From: Vezdaea acicularis | Lineage: Eukaryota | DNA length: 40,546 nt | Assembly: GCA_026025075.1 (NCBI GenBank) | Contig: JAPEUI010000133.1 | Coordinates: 1-40,546 of the forward strand | Reading direction: 5' to 3' | Part shown: positions 26,091 through 38,713 of the stretch, piece by piece | Layout of the letters: each line of letters begins with the position of its first letter | Position numbering within the stretch: the first letter of the stretch is position 1 | Program-made: the position numbers and the translations under genes | The notes under the pieces: model-generated | What the model saw: only the letters and a program-made list of their open reading frames with translations | Database searches by the model: none | Told to the model about the DNA's origin: nothing

Positions 26091-26429
26091 GAAGTCTTTA
26101 TGACTTGAGGATTCGGATAGTTAAAGGGCCATAGCTCTACACTTGGAGTCCATATATACGATCATGTTGCTCAAACTAAATCATCATGACATCCGGACCG
26201 TTATATCAGCTGATGGTGGACAACATTCAAATAGTGACTAGGTTTTTGCCGTAGCTACATCTCAATGTCAGAAGACATCCTTCAGCCGGTAGGTAATCTA
26301 CAAGTGAAGTAATTCGCACTCTCAGCTCATATAAGCGCTCCGCCGCTTGCACATCGCACAATCGAAGATGAAAGCGGCCATCATGAATCTTAGATCCTGT
26401 GAAATGACCCTCTCAGCTCGGTTTGGTCG

Positions 26430-29400
26430 CTACTCCTGGTACGAAATTTTCCTCATTTCGCCTAATTTTTGCCTTGCCTGAGAAAGGCTATTCTCCAACT
26501 GAAGAATCTCAACCTGCTGCTCCATCTCTCTTACCTTGAATTCATGTCCACTCAGCTTGCCATAATCCACCCTTTCTTCGTCATTGTTCCTACTAGCTAC
26601 CATCTCTTGTACCTGCCTTGTCAGTGCCCTGCAAGCTTGCGTTACGTTTTTGCTAGCTTGCTCTAGCCGGTCCTGGGTTTTGGACATAAATGTTGCCTTG
26701 ACACGAGATGCAGCCACGAGCTGGGCGGTCGAGGCAGCAACGTCATTCGATGCAACGATTAACTGCTCGGGGGAGTTTCGACCAGATATGACCCCGTCGG
26801 CTGTCTCGATTAGGATATTTGTGGAGGACGCTACGGCCTTGGCAGCTGAGATTAGACCTTCGGTCCAACGGTTATTCTTCTTGTAGAAAGCAGCTGTAGA
26901 TGAGCTACCCCTGCCCTCTTTGACAATCTCCTTTTGCGATGCGGTTGCTGCTTTGATCAATTGAGCAATCGCGTTTGTGACGGCAATCGCGGCTTCTAGG
27001 ATCGAACTATTTTGATGTTAGTATTGGTTTCAAGGTGGCAGAACAAAACCATACTCATGAATCTTAAGCTCGTAGGTCGAATAGCTTGCAGTATCCTTCG
27101 GCTTGTTCATCAATTTAGTCAGTCTTTCCGTCGCAGCATCGATAGCGTTAGCAGCATTGCTAAGTTCTCGGTCAACCATGTCTCCAAGATCGCCTGTAGG
27201 CGGCATTTTCCCGCTTTTAGGCGCGAAGGAATCCACTTGTTTAGTAAGTTGCGTGAGACTAATTTGAACATCAGTGTTGTTGTTCATTATAACCTCAAGC
27301 TTTTGCTCGGCCTCCAGGCCGTCGAGGCGGAACGAGTGCAGATTTCGAAAAAATGCTACAGTCGATAAAGCTGACTTTCTTGCGGCATTGACAAGCTGAT
27401 CGGCCTTTTTGTCATCCGTTGCAAATCGCGTGAGGCCCTTGGTGTTGCTGAGTACGTCTGAAATTGATCCTGCAAAGACGCTGACCGTACGGATGATCTC
27501 AGCGTGAGTGCTGTTTGGACCATCTGCGATGAAATTATTGAACGCAGTGGAAAACTCCATCGCACTGGCTTGTGCCTTTTCAACCTGCGAAAGCACATAT
27601 TGAGGCGACGCATTTTGATTGCCAGCTTGCATTGAAGAGTCCAGCTCATAGAGAGCATCATCTACGCGCTGTACACCACTCTGCAAAACCGAGTCGATGA
27701 TGTCGTTGATCCTACGCACGTTGTCTAGGAGCACTGTATCAATTTGACCGTCAAGAGCACGGTCATTCTCATGGCTAGCCATCTTCAGCTCATTCAACTC
27801 TACCAATGTTTGGTCCATGCCAGCCTTGAAGATCTCAAGTTCATCTTCTTTCTCGCGAAGAGTGCGCTGGAGGTCGGAGTCGCCTTCAGAGTATTTAGAC
27901 TGGATATCGTCCAGAGCTCTGCTCTTAATCCTAAGAGCTTCTTCTAAGTCTGCCATCTCTCTATTATACTTGGACACCATTGAAGACAGTTCTGAGCCTT
28001 TGGTGCGTTCTGCATTGTCCGCCTTTTCTATTGCAAATCGAAGTTCACGTTTCAGTTTTTCCAGTTCCTCGCGACTACCTCCAGCAATACGATCCTTCTC
28101 ATGCAAGGCTCTGTCTCTTTCACGGATCATATCGGCTAGTTCGAGATTCTTTGTCTTAATTTCACGCTCAAGCTTCTCTCGCCTGTCGATGGCTTCTTGA
28201 GCAGATGCTGCCTTCAATTGGACTGATTTGAACTTTTGTAGAAGCTCGAGATGCTCATGTCGTAATTGCGAGTAGAGCTTCGCAAGAGCCTCATATTTGG
28301 AACGCCATGTATTAACTTGTTCTTGCAGGGCTCTGATCTGATCATCTTTAGATGCAGTCTGTTGATTAAAATTAGAGTTGAGCTGATTTAACTCCGTCTC
28401 TAGCGCTTTGGTCCTCTGAAGAATATGTATCAGCAGCCTAAAACTGACCAGGTCTGTAAGTACTTACTCTGTCATATTGCTCCAGCATCAGTTGGTCTCT
28501 CTCATACTGAGCACGAGCATTAAGGTTTTCCCTTTCCAGCTCAGCCATCCGACCTTGAGTCTGGGCTTGATACTGTTCACGCATCAGCTGTTCCTGTGCA
28601 AGTCTCTGCTGCTCGGCTTGTAGCCGCTGTTGTTCTTCAAAGTCTCGCTGTGCTTGTTGAGCTTGAAGCTGTTGCTGGTACAGTTGCGCTTCGCGTTGCT
28701 CTTGAAGCCTTCGTTGCTCCTCGGCATACTCATCTTGCTGGCGACGCTGCTCATTCTTCCAGAACTCATTGATGGGTTCTGGATCCAGGCTAGCCGTCCT
28801 TTGCGGCGGAGGAGTGGGTTCTGGCTCGATCTCTCGAACAGGCCGTCTGGGCAGATCTGGGCGATCGTCATCTTCGGAGAGCAGGTTCGGAGGATCTTGC
28901 GGCAGCTTTGGGACTGTGATCAGACTGGTAAGGTAACGTAAATTTGAGCACTCATAGTAGAATTTGACTAGACGATAATGCTGTGCGTCGTAACGGCCTC
29001 TGAGTGGTTCCAGCGCATCATCATCCCCAGTGGTGGTGTGCATCGCACGCAACATGCTCGTAATGAACTTATATATGCCATAAGTTTCCTGCACTAGGGG
29101 CACAAGGGATGATATCCTGCACTCGTTATTCGCACTGCTGCGGAAATGCGAGAAAACCAGCTTCTGAAAGGTATCGATCTGGTCCTGGAGGGTCATGAGG
29201 TCTGATATCGTTTCATAGCTTACCTCATTAGTTTATTATCATCTACATTTATGGGAGGTCATCTCACCCTTCGTTTGGGTCATTGATAGACTTTAGGCTG
29301 ATGTATTCTTCGTATTCAAAAGTGCCGTTGAACTCCGGATGTTGTCTGTGAAAGGCAAGCTTGGCTAATAAAAAATGTATGTACTCTCTAATGAGTGGGC

Positions 29401-30067
29401 CATAACCTGAGGGAGCTATCAGCAAATTAACCTTCAGTGTTTCCCAGTCAATCAGATAATAAGGCAGCGCAAGTGCCTCTCAATTATCCAAACCCACCTC
29501 GCAGCCCGTCTCCAGCCACTCCTCGACCTAAGCTCTCGAGCCAGTTGGTGTTGGGCATAGCCTCTTTGATCGTTATGGGGTGTCCTTCCTGTAATACCTT
29601 ATGAATGGTTATGAGGGCTTTAAATGTTTGTACCTCGTCCGCGAGGACTGGCTGCCTGATAGAAGGGACAGGTTAGTATGCACTTCGACTCGAAAGCTCG
29701 ACATTGTAATATAGACGCACACTTTCATGCCGGCCCAGAATGACTGCGACGATTTGTGATCCCATGTATACACGATACAGCTACGAACATGTTTCCCTGA
29801 CGTGATATGTCAAATTCAAGGACCTGGTGTAGCTTTTGGAAGCTATCAACATACGTTTGGGTGCCGTTTCTTCTACATGGTATATTAGAAACCTAGCTAC
29901 CGAGCGGGTGTAAAGACTGACCAATATTTGTAGCCTTCCTGATATTGATCGCCAGTTCGGCCTCCGACCTTCAAAATAGCCGTGAGTTTAATACCCATGA
30001 TGGGGAAGCTTGATCATTCATACTTGCCCAAATTCACGTTACGCGTCCCAGCGCCGTAGCCAGCCAT
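26430..30067 (-). CDS. SLA2: Actin/endocytosis adaptor Sla2/End4 (ANTH, coiled coil, I/LWEQ); conserved MAT-flanking gene
   Basis: ETAPKRKHVRSCIVYTWDH ANTH motif, long coiled coil, and talin-like FYKKNNRWTEGLISAAKAVA...EMEQQVEIL. Many short introns. Confidence 0.96.
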
Positions 30068-30833
30068 GTTTGCTACTCCAACCCACACAAGGGAGATCAA
30101 GCAAGCGATTGATAATTTAAAATAGACTTGAATGAAGCGGGTCCCAAAGAAGATTACCTATCGTTCAGTACGTCTAATGAACTTACGCATCAGAGTTGAA
30201 GACAGGGCCGGTTTCTTAGCGAGGAAGCTATTGAGGAAGCTCACATCGTCAGTAGCGCTAAGTATAAGACCTAAAAACCGCTTTCTAAGGACGACGAGAC
30301 CTTAGTAAGAAAAGAGCAACGTCACCCTTGCCTCTTCCCCAAAATTTACTGGCGGCAGCGTGAAACGGGGAGAGCGCTCCACTTTTTATTGGGCTGTTAT
30401 ATGCACAGCGGCGTGCGACTCGCCTCACGCTGTTTCCCACGATGCGGCACACGTCACCTCCAAGCCTTCACTTCATGCGCTGTTGCCTGTCATCTAATCT
30501 TTCACAAATGTAAGAGCGGGGCTTGTCAGCATTCACTTGCTTGACATTGATCAATGCGGTGAGCTGGCAAACCTTGACTTCGAGTATAGCTTCATTGGTC
30601 AACGCATCTCTAATTTTCTCGGTCACAATCGTTCCAAGGACAGCGGCAGTATAGAACTCAATCCTGGCAACCCGGACTGAGGTCTGTGTCAGATGAAACC
30701 TCTCATTTTATCAGCAGTGTTTTGAGCGGTAACAAGTACAAAAGCCATGTTTTTCTCCAACAAGAACACCTCCAAATGATGCCGCTAAAATAATCTTCAA
30801 GGAGCATCGTAATCGAGCCACTCAGATGTAGAT

Positions 30834-33697
30834 CTAAATCTGCTCAGGATCTGCCTCAACCCAGTGGCGTCTCCCACGAATGTCCTCTTCCCGTGTGACA
30901 TCCCAGCTAGACGGACCTGAGTCGCTGTCTTCGCCATTCGAAGCCACCAAAATTCGATCATGACTCTGCAATCCATGGTCTAAAGCATCTCCATCCACTC
31001 CTATGCTTACACCAGTATCTTCAAGGTTTGGAATTTCATCAACTTCCATTGTATCAAGAATTTCGTTCCGGGTTTCCTCTGAAGGGGTCGAGGGTTCTGA
31101 GTCTGTCGAGGGCGCTGCGACTATCAGGAGTCCGTTTTGATCCCCATCATCTATAATTGAGCCTTGCGCCCTTTGGCTTGAAGTTCGAGGCAAGTTCAAA
31201 GATAACGGTGAACTACCGTCTTGCTTGATTGCAGAAGTCGACGCAGGCACTGGTTTTTGCGATCGGACTTTGCCTAGGTTTTGTTTAGATCTGGTGCCTT
31301 TCCTCTCAGGACGAGGTAGAGGCGTTCCTGGTGGGGGCAGCGGCCTTCCCCTTCCCATAGGATGCGTAGGTGTACCCATTCTTTCGCCATCAATAGTGTT
31401 ATCAGTGCCCGATCTTACGTCGTTATTTCTACCCAGAACGCCTAATCCCCATTTCCTCGCTACAGTAGTAGCCACACCCAGTGCAGCCAGTGAATGCCTT
31501 TTTTCTGACCCAGGGGAGGCGGCATAGATCGAGCTTGCATGTCTCTGCGTTTGGTCTGTATCTGGAGCGGAGCGCAAAGACCGACCGATTGCAGTGGCGG
31601 AACCAGAAGAGTAGGAGCTTAACGTACCAGATCTTGAATTGGAGTGAGGCTCTAGCTCTTCATCGAAGGAATGCTCAACGGTCTCACGAGATGAGACCGA
31701 AGAATGGCTTTCTCGATGGTGAGTGAATATTGATGGTTTTGATGGCGATCCAATAGGTGAGTCTGCAGGAGAACTCGGCTGGGATCTATTCGAAATTGCT
31801 ATCATGGCGCTTGCAGCACCTTGCTGCTCAGATTGGCGCAACTGCTTCAATGCATCAACAGGTGTAGTGTCCATGCTCACAACTGGGGAGGCTGATGATA
31901 CAAAAGAGCTTGATCTCAAAGCTTTTGGTTTATTCGAGTATGATTGTGGTTCCGCGTGTGATGAAACTTCAGTTGTTGGATCAGTACCGTTATCTGGATT
32001 TTCACTTTGAGATAACCCCTTATCTGAGGGCGATGGTAGCGTTGACAATACGGGCGTGCTCATTGTCTTTCCTTGGTGGTGTACAAACTGAGTAGAAGGA
32101 TTCTCCTTTTCCAGACCCAAAATGGAATCTTCGCTGCCTTTCAGGTTCTGGCACACAGAAGGTTCAGAAGCTTCCTGCCGTGGATGTCCTCCCTCCTCCC
32201 GCCAGATACCTCCTCTATATCTTTGGCCCGCTGTGTTTAGAAATGGTATATCATCCCAATGTGGCATGACAAGCGTTTCTGCTATTACTTCTCGAATTCT
32301 ACTCTCAATAGCTCGAAGAATGATATTGTAAGTAATCTGCCTAGAGCTGACGATTGGTTCAATCGACATTTCTACTTTGGGCATCGTTTCGAATGAAACC
32401 CATACTCGATTGCTCGGAGGAGGCTTGAAACGGATGATCGCATGCCCCTCAAGTTTTTTAAGCACAACAGCAAGCACAAGATTGACCTCGCGTGTCTTAA
32501 ATCTTGTACCAAGATCAAATTTTGCGGTCGCTGCAACCTCAATCCGAAAGTTTCCGGAATACTTGATATCGGCCTCTGCAGCACAGGCTCCATCGACTGT
32601 CAAATCTTTCAGGCGGGGGTTTGTAATATATGGTGCGCCTTCCCCCATGTCGATATTTCGGAGGATGATGTTTGTCAAGAATGCAGGTGTCTTAACTCTT
32701 GCAATTTTCTTTGCCATCTTCGTCCGTATCAAGTGCTCCATTTCTGGGGTCTTATACAATGCTAGGAACAGCCTTCCAATGAGTCCGTTAATCCACCTGG
32801 TCTGCAGCTGCTCTTCAGAAGAGTGTAGTCTCTGGACTAGGGTAACGATATTGTGGACGTCATACTGCAGTGGGGTGGGTGCACGTTCTGGGGCATTTCC
32901 ATGCTTTTCCTGATTCTGAAGAAGGACGTGATAGAAATCTTCCTTATCAGAACAATTCTCGGAAAAAAGGAAAAACGGCTTCGAGGTGAAGGTATCTGTC
33001 GTAAGTGTGCCGGCATCATCTTTTCTACTTAGGCGGATTGCATTTCTCCGTATCCATAGCTCGCCTTCAGGTATCGACTCCCCTCCTGCGAAGATGCTCA
33101 CTTCATGATGGGCAAGAGAAATCACATGCCGTACTTCGAGTTGTTCCGAATCATCATAGAGCATCAAATGCCCATGCCTATTCCAAAGTCAGACCCACCA
33201 TCAGTCATGAGTCCGGGATTTGCAAACCGTAACACAACGAAGAATACATTTCGTGCCTTTTGCTTAGCCTTGCTGTTGCCTTTGTTTGTCTCAAGCAAAG
33301 AAGGTTTGTTGCGGTCGAAGACGCTGCGATATATGCTCTGATACACACTCGGGCTCTCCGCCGCCACCACTGTTCCAGCGGGAGTTGTCCTCTCAGGAGG
33401 CTTGCCATTGATACCACCTGGAACATACTCTCTCGTAACAGCGAAGTATCCAGCGGCGACATCGGCTTCGTGGTTTCTTGAGACTAGCTTCTCTGCAAGC
33501 ACTTGGATCCCAACCTTTGACGCATCATCAACATCGTTAGGCTGCCGCAGATCACTCCTCGATGAGTCTGTTTCAATGAATTGGTTATGGGTGGAAGAGG
33601 CCAAGTATGCATGTGCGAATAGAAGAGCAAGCAAAAGAGGGATAAATGTGAGACCGCCGATAAGGTATGCGAATAAGAACCCGGTCAAAGTACCCAT
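30834..33697 (-). CDS. NVJ2: Nvj2-like membrane-anchored PH + SMP (DUF2404) lipid-transfer protein; intron 33178-33227
   Basis: N-terminal TM segment (FLFAYLIGGLTFIPLLL), PH-like VLR|HGHLMLYDD...KEDFY, SMP-like WINGLIGRLFL...KPPPSNRVW...P.WDDI, and a long disordered tail. Confidence 0.85.
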
Positions 33698-35487
33698 CTG
33701 GTGCTTGTGACAGCCTGAAAAGGCTGAGAATCCATCTGCTTAAGCTCGTCTTAATCCTGTCTAACTAATCACCGCGTTCAGCGGGCTGCCGAAAGCTCGC
33801 TTCGGGATGACATCGTGCCCTCCACACCCGCGTAGCCTCCAACAATGTGACCGATTCCTATAGAAGAAGCTGGTTGAAATGACACGAGCCGTTCCCTAGG
33901 TATTTCTAAATTATTCTTTCATTTGGAGCCGCCCTGAAAGCAGTGACTAGAACAATAACAAAATAGCCTTCTCGCGCGTGATCTTAGGATCCCCTATGCG
34001 TCCAGGTTGTGAGACAGGGCACCTGCGGCCTGGAGCAACACACGTAAGTACAGAGGGTGGTCGTAAGTGCTATAGTCAAAGGTCATAAGTGTTGTACATT
34101 CGCCTCTCCCAGATCACAAGCACCGCAAGCCAACAAAACCACCACAAAGAAGCGTATTGCGGTCAATGAGCTTTAGGTAGAAGGCGCATGCAGAGCAGCA
34201 AGGCGTTTGACAACCTAATTAAATTTACACACTGTCAAATTCAGGCATTCCTTGATTCTTGGGGTGGTTATACCAGATACTAGCGATCTCGCGAAATGTA
34301 CAACACTCGTACAACACTTACGATCACCCACTGTATGTTCCATATTCGCTCCAGCGCCATTTAGGCACATTAGAATGCTTGGAGGATGGCACGAAATGCC
34401 CATGAAATGTCCGCGCACGGGCTTTAGCGCCTTTCGAAGCGTGACGAGTAATGTAAGCAGATTATTCTGGCTCCGGGCTAAACATGCTCGTGTGGTTCGC
34501 ATGAGATGTCTCACTGAAGCATCGCAAAAATTAGACAATCTAACAATGTAGGACGGAACTTGAACATCAAATAGTCCTTGAACTTTAATATTAATACTCT
34601 GCAACCATCTCTCTGCATTTTCTCGAAGCCATACACAATGTTTCAAGTCATATTGCTTGCATGATATTGGCCCATCGCGCCCATTGGTTCCTGCTCCAGC
34701 GCTTAGTGGACATGACTAACGTGGGTTTGGCCAAAGCTAATTCTCAACCTCGACCGCCCATGTGTCTTCTGTCGAGCTTAAAAACGAGGTATTATCCACC
34801 GGCAACCTGCAGCCCAGACACATACTCCCTGCCTCCCTCCCTCGATCTTTCTAATCGCGCGATACTCTCTCTCCGTAGCGAGGCGCGCGAGTCAGAAGCC
34901 TTTCGTCTCGTTACTGCGTCAGCCAAGATGGAAAATCTTCTTAATTGCATTGCTATCTACTTCTATCTAAGACGCTGCCCAATTTGCCAAGCTTAAACTA
35001 CAACAAGTGCATTGATATCCACATGAATCACAGTGTAGATAGAGAGCTGCCACCTCCATAAAAGCCTGGTGCTTCAACCATCCGCCTAAGGTACCATTGC
35101 CGTCTAGCCTCGAACAGTTCAATATTAACCAACGCAGCTGTGAAGATGATGCTCTCCATGCAAGATTTATTCAAACCAAAGATTTCACTATTCTGTGCTT
35201 AAAGAAGCTGCTTCGTCTTCTATCGGAAGTGTTATGAGGTGAATATACTCGACTTCGGACATAAGGGGTTTTGAGCATTAGACCATTGCACAAAACTTCG
35301 ACGATCATGAGCGAGATGGGATAGAATCGAGAAAAAGATCCAAGGAATATATGAAAAGAGGCTGTCCATGCGATTCGTTCAAGGGAAAGTGTAATTCATT
35401 GATTGTCATCAAAACGACGTCCAATAGGACGGAAAGCAAGCTTAATCTCGATGTCTTTCAAGCCCTATGATCGTACACTAACCACCA

Positions 35488-35949
35488 CTAGTCTTCTGTA
35501 AACCGGCTAAAGTCAATGAGTTCGGAGATGTCGGTAGGGTTGCCATCGGCGTCGCCGTACGGATCGAAGCTCAGGTCGATCATGGGATTGGATGAGAATT
35601 GGTTGTCGTAAGGCCACTGGTCCCCAGAGCACTCAAGTATCGCCTCCAGGCTATTCATGGGAGGGTCTTGAGCAGGGATCGCAGGCCTACAATAGATTAA
35701 CGGCATACTTTCCTCCATACGTGTGTAATTGGGTCGACCCAAAGTTGCGTTGCGGACCGATGACGGCATTGCTCCCCTTCTTTGGATGTCGACACTAACA
35801 TTAGTAGCGCTAGCAGTGCTCTCTCCACCGACAATACGATCTACATCCATATCATCCCCTTCGAGGGAGCTAGCTAAGCCACCGTCAATAGCAGTCAAGT
35901 TCTCAGGCGGTCCATGTGCGTCAAGATTGTTTTCCTGTTCAGTGCTCAT
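35488..35949 (-). pseudogene. Acidic ORF, possibly the truncated 3' end of MAT1-1-1 (no alpha-box)
   Basis: 153-aa acidic low-complexity ORF ending QWPYDNQF...FDPYG...DISELIDFSRF, resembling my recollection of MAT1-1-1 C-termini. Lies at the edge of the idiomorph, only 63 bp after the upstream gene's stop. Not verified by search. Confidence 0.4.
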
Positions 35950-36012
35950 TCCGTTGATATAACCCTCAATTTTGTCTCTTTCAAGCTACTTTCATAGATA
36001 ATCCTAAGTGGT

Positions 36013-36967
36013 TCACTCAGGACCGATGTAATCTGGACCAGAGCAATTGCCCATCAAGTAATCACAGCGCTCTTTTTCTTCCTCCGAGAGGTCCGGAAGC
36101 AGTTGTCTTGGTAGTCCTCGATGATACACTGGAATACACGGCCCGTTTCTCGGTTTCCAAGTGTGAGAGATAGCGTAAGCAACTGGCGTTGGCGGCATGG
36201 CGAGATCTCTTTCCATAGCGTAGTAATGCAGTTGTCTCTCCTTTTCCAACGGGCCAGACACTTGTATTGCTCTCCTTGCCCCCCATTGTGGATAGGTTCG
36301 ATTACGCTTTTCCGCGACTAGCACAGTTATTAGCTATGGCTTTCGGGTCAACATATAGATACTTACACCAGCTAAGTACAGCCTCAGCGCCCACTTCTCC
36401 AACAATACCTAGGAGCTCTACTTCCGCTTCATTGGGTATTTGGCATATTTCAAAGAATTCTTCAAAAACCCTCTCATTACGTAGCGCACCTGGATCAAAG
36501 ATTGGTGCCGGATTCAGCCTGTAATTTTTCTTAATTTTCATTCGTTAGGTTGACGGCCTCAGAAGAACATACTCTTGGATTAAATTCCGGAGTCCGCAAC
36601 GGTGTACCGCTCTGATGTTCCTCGTGGGATCATCTAGTCTTTCTGGAATATCATTCAAAGCGGCGAGAAATGCGTATGCCGCTTTCTGCCGTGTGATGAA
36701 GGATTCGTTCATTTCAAGTATCTTTTGTGTATTCAAGCGCTGCGATGTATCAATGCTGATCTCTCTTGTCATTGGAAATTCTCCATCTATAAGATCATAG
36801 GCGTCTTCAAGTTCAGAGAGTGAAGGTTCATCGGCTTCAAGTCTTTGAGGCTCGATGTCATTTGCGAAAGATTCCAGCAGATCTAAGGGAGTCTCAGGTA
36901 CAAAGGTGCTGTAATAGCGCTCCTGGAGTAAGGTTGCACTGAAACCTTCAGCTCTAAAGCAACCCAT
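36013..36967 (-). CDS. MAT1-2 accessory mating-type gene (MAT1-2-4-like), 283 aa, with a degenerate homeodomain; exons 36967-36573, 36518-36367, 36317-36013
   Basis: Two canonical introns (GTATGT...CCTAAC...CAG, 54 nt; GTAAGT...GCTAAT...TAG, 49 nt) join three ORFs into one frame of 852 nt. Divergent from MAT1-2-1. The MAT1-2-4 assignment is from memory. Confidence 0.75.
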
Positions 36968-37459
36968 CGAGATGGTTGACTAATGGTTGACAAGGTTGAA
37001 TGCGATAGGTCATACAGGTGAGGATGCAAGGGGCAAGCAACAGGTACTTAGCGTGACGTTTGAAAATCACCAAGGATATGTGGTAAGTATTTCTCATTAA
37101 GAGTCCAAAATCTTATTGAGAGAATAGAGATGGACTCGTGACGCGTATAGCGAAAAAGCTGCGGTCGGTTTCCTCTTTTGTGGTGGACGTGTTGCCCGGA
37201 CAAAGACCCAGCCCCTCGTTTTGCCTGGAATCGCTGTTCCGCACAAACCGCTTTTCTATATCGCCCACCTCACCATTCGACTTTCTCCACCAGTTATTAC
37301 AGCTCTTGCTTCCGCCAAATTTTCTCATTCACAATCTTTTAGGCTAATCAAGCTTTACACCAAATTATTTTCAGTTCCAGATTTCTTTACAGAGCGCAAG
37401 CATCGCCACGTTACAGCCTTCGTAAGCATTTTCGCTCCTACTCTTCCCGAGGATTCCTG

Positions 37460-38713
37460 ATGTCCACTAGTCCTCCTGCAATGGCCACTGTAAATATGAG
37501 TACAGCCATTCGGAAGGAGATCTTCCTTGCGCATATCTGGCAAGCGTCTCTCTCCCAGCTTACTGCTGAGAACATGGAGATCGCTCTTCCCACTTCTGTA
37601 AGAGATTGCCTTGGACCAGACGGCATGAACACGATTGTAGATAAGTTTAGGTATGCTTATGTACTCTTCGGCGCCTCCGCAATCACTAACATACTTCCAA
37701 GCACCCTTATTAATCACCCAGTGGTTGTATTCCACGATCTCATTATGGATGCGATTCGACTTGGCCCAGAGCCCACTGCCCCAACTCAATCTGAGCTCGT
37801 TACCGTAAATGCTAGCGCCTCTGAGCTTATGCAGCCTGCCGCAAACGCCCAGAGCCCAGCTAAATCCCGAAAGGCCGGAAAGGTGGGCAAGGGGGGCAAA
37901 AAGTCTCCTAAAGTCATCAAGAAGAAAGAGGTAAAGATTCGAAGGCCACCAAATGCGTTCATTCTCTATCGCAAGCATCATCATTATTTGATCAAGGAAT
38001 CACGTCCGGCCATGCCGAATAATGATATATGTAAGAAACCTCTCGGTGAGTATCTGAGTTTCATGCACTAATCGCCAAAAGCCGTCCTCGTCGCACAACA
38101 GTGGCGAGAAGAAGCCGAGGAGACCAAGGACCAGTTCAGAGCCCTTGCAGACGAAGTGAAGAGTCAACATCTCAAGGACCATCCCGGCTATCAGTACACT
38201 CCTCGTAAGCCATGCGAGAAGAAACGTCGTATTTCACGCAAAAAAGCGGATACTCATGCCCAGCAAGAGCTTTTCGATCTCCTTACGAGCACGCCAATGA
38301 ATGTGACAACTGGAAGCAACGAAGTCACACAGGAATCCTCATTCCAGCCATTTGATGACGGCGCTATCAATGGCCTACCTCTCTACACTGGAGACACCAA
38401 TGACTGGCTCAGCCAAACCTCGGGAATGTCATCCTTCAATCTACCCCAGCATCCAGCTCACCTCGCTGATCTCTTGGAAGATTACAACGATACTCGTCCT
38501 CTGCAGGCTTCGCAGGCTACTAACCCACCAGACTCTTCTCCGATTGAGTATGCCACCGTGCCCAGCGAAGAAGCTGATGATGATGACGACTTCTATGCTA
38601 CTCTTGTGGATTGGGAAGCCATTGAGGGAGAACAAGAGGAGAAGGAACATTATCTCGAATCCGCATACCACTCTATGATGGATAGTGCCGATGAGATCCT
38701 CCGACGTCTGTAG
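37460..38713 (+). CDS. MAT1-2-1: Mating-type HMG-box protein MAT1-2-1; introns 37651-37701 and 38031-38081
   Basis: KIRRPPNAFILYRK...NNDI-S|VLVAQQWREE...HPGYQYTPRKPCEKKRR, with the diagnostic intron splitting the HMG Ser codon. Linked to SLA2. Confidence 0.95.

Noticed and set aside
34215..34996. ORFs between NVJ2 and MAT (WLRENAERW...VPSYIV, faintly like a LINE ORF1 fragment)
   Set aside because: Similarity is too weak by eye, with no RT, TIR or LTR evidence; needs TBLASTX against repeat libraries.
35986..36016. Possible intron fusing the accessory MAT gene to the downstream acidic ORF
   Set aside because: It would be only ~31 nt with a poor donor (GTGAAC) and no branch site.
37355..37984. 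209-aa antisense ORF over MAT1-2-1
   Set aside because: Shadow of the sense gene, helped by the 3n intron; starts at a non-ATG codon and has no recognisable motif.
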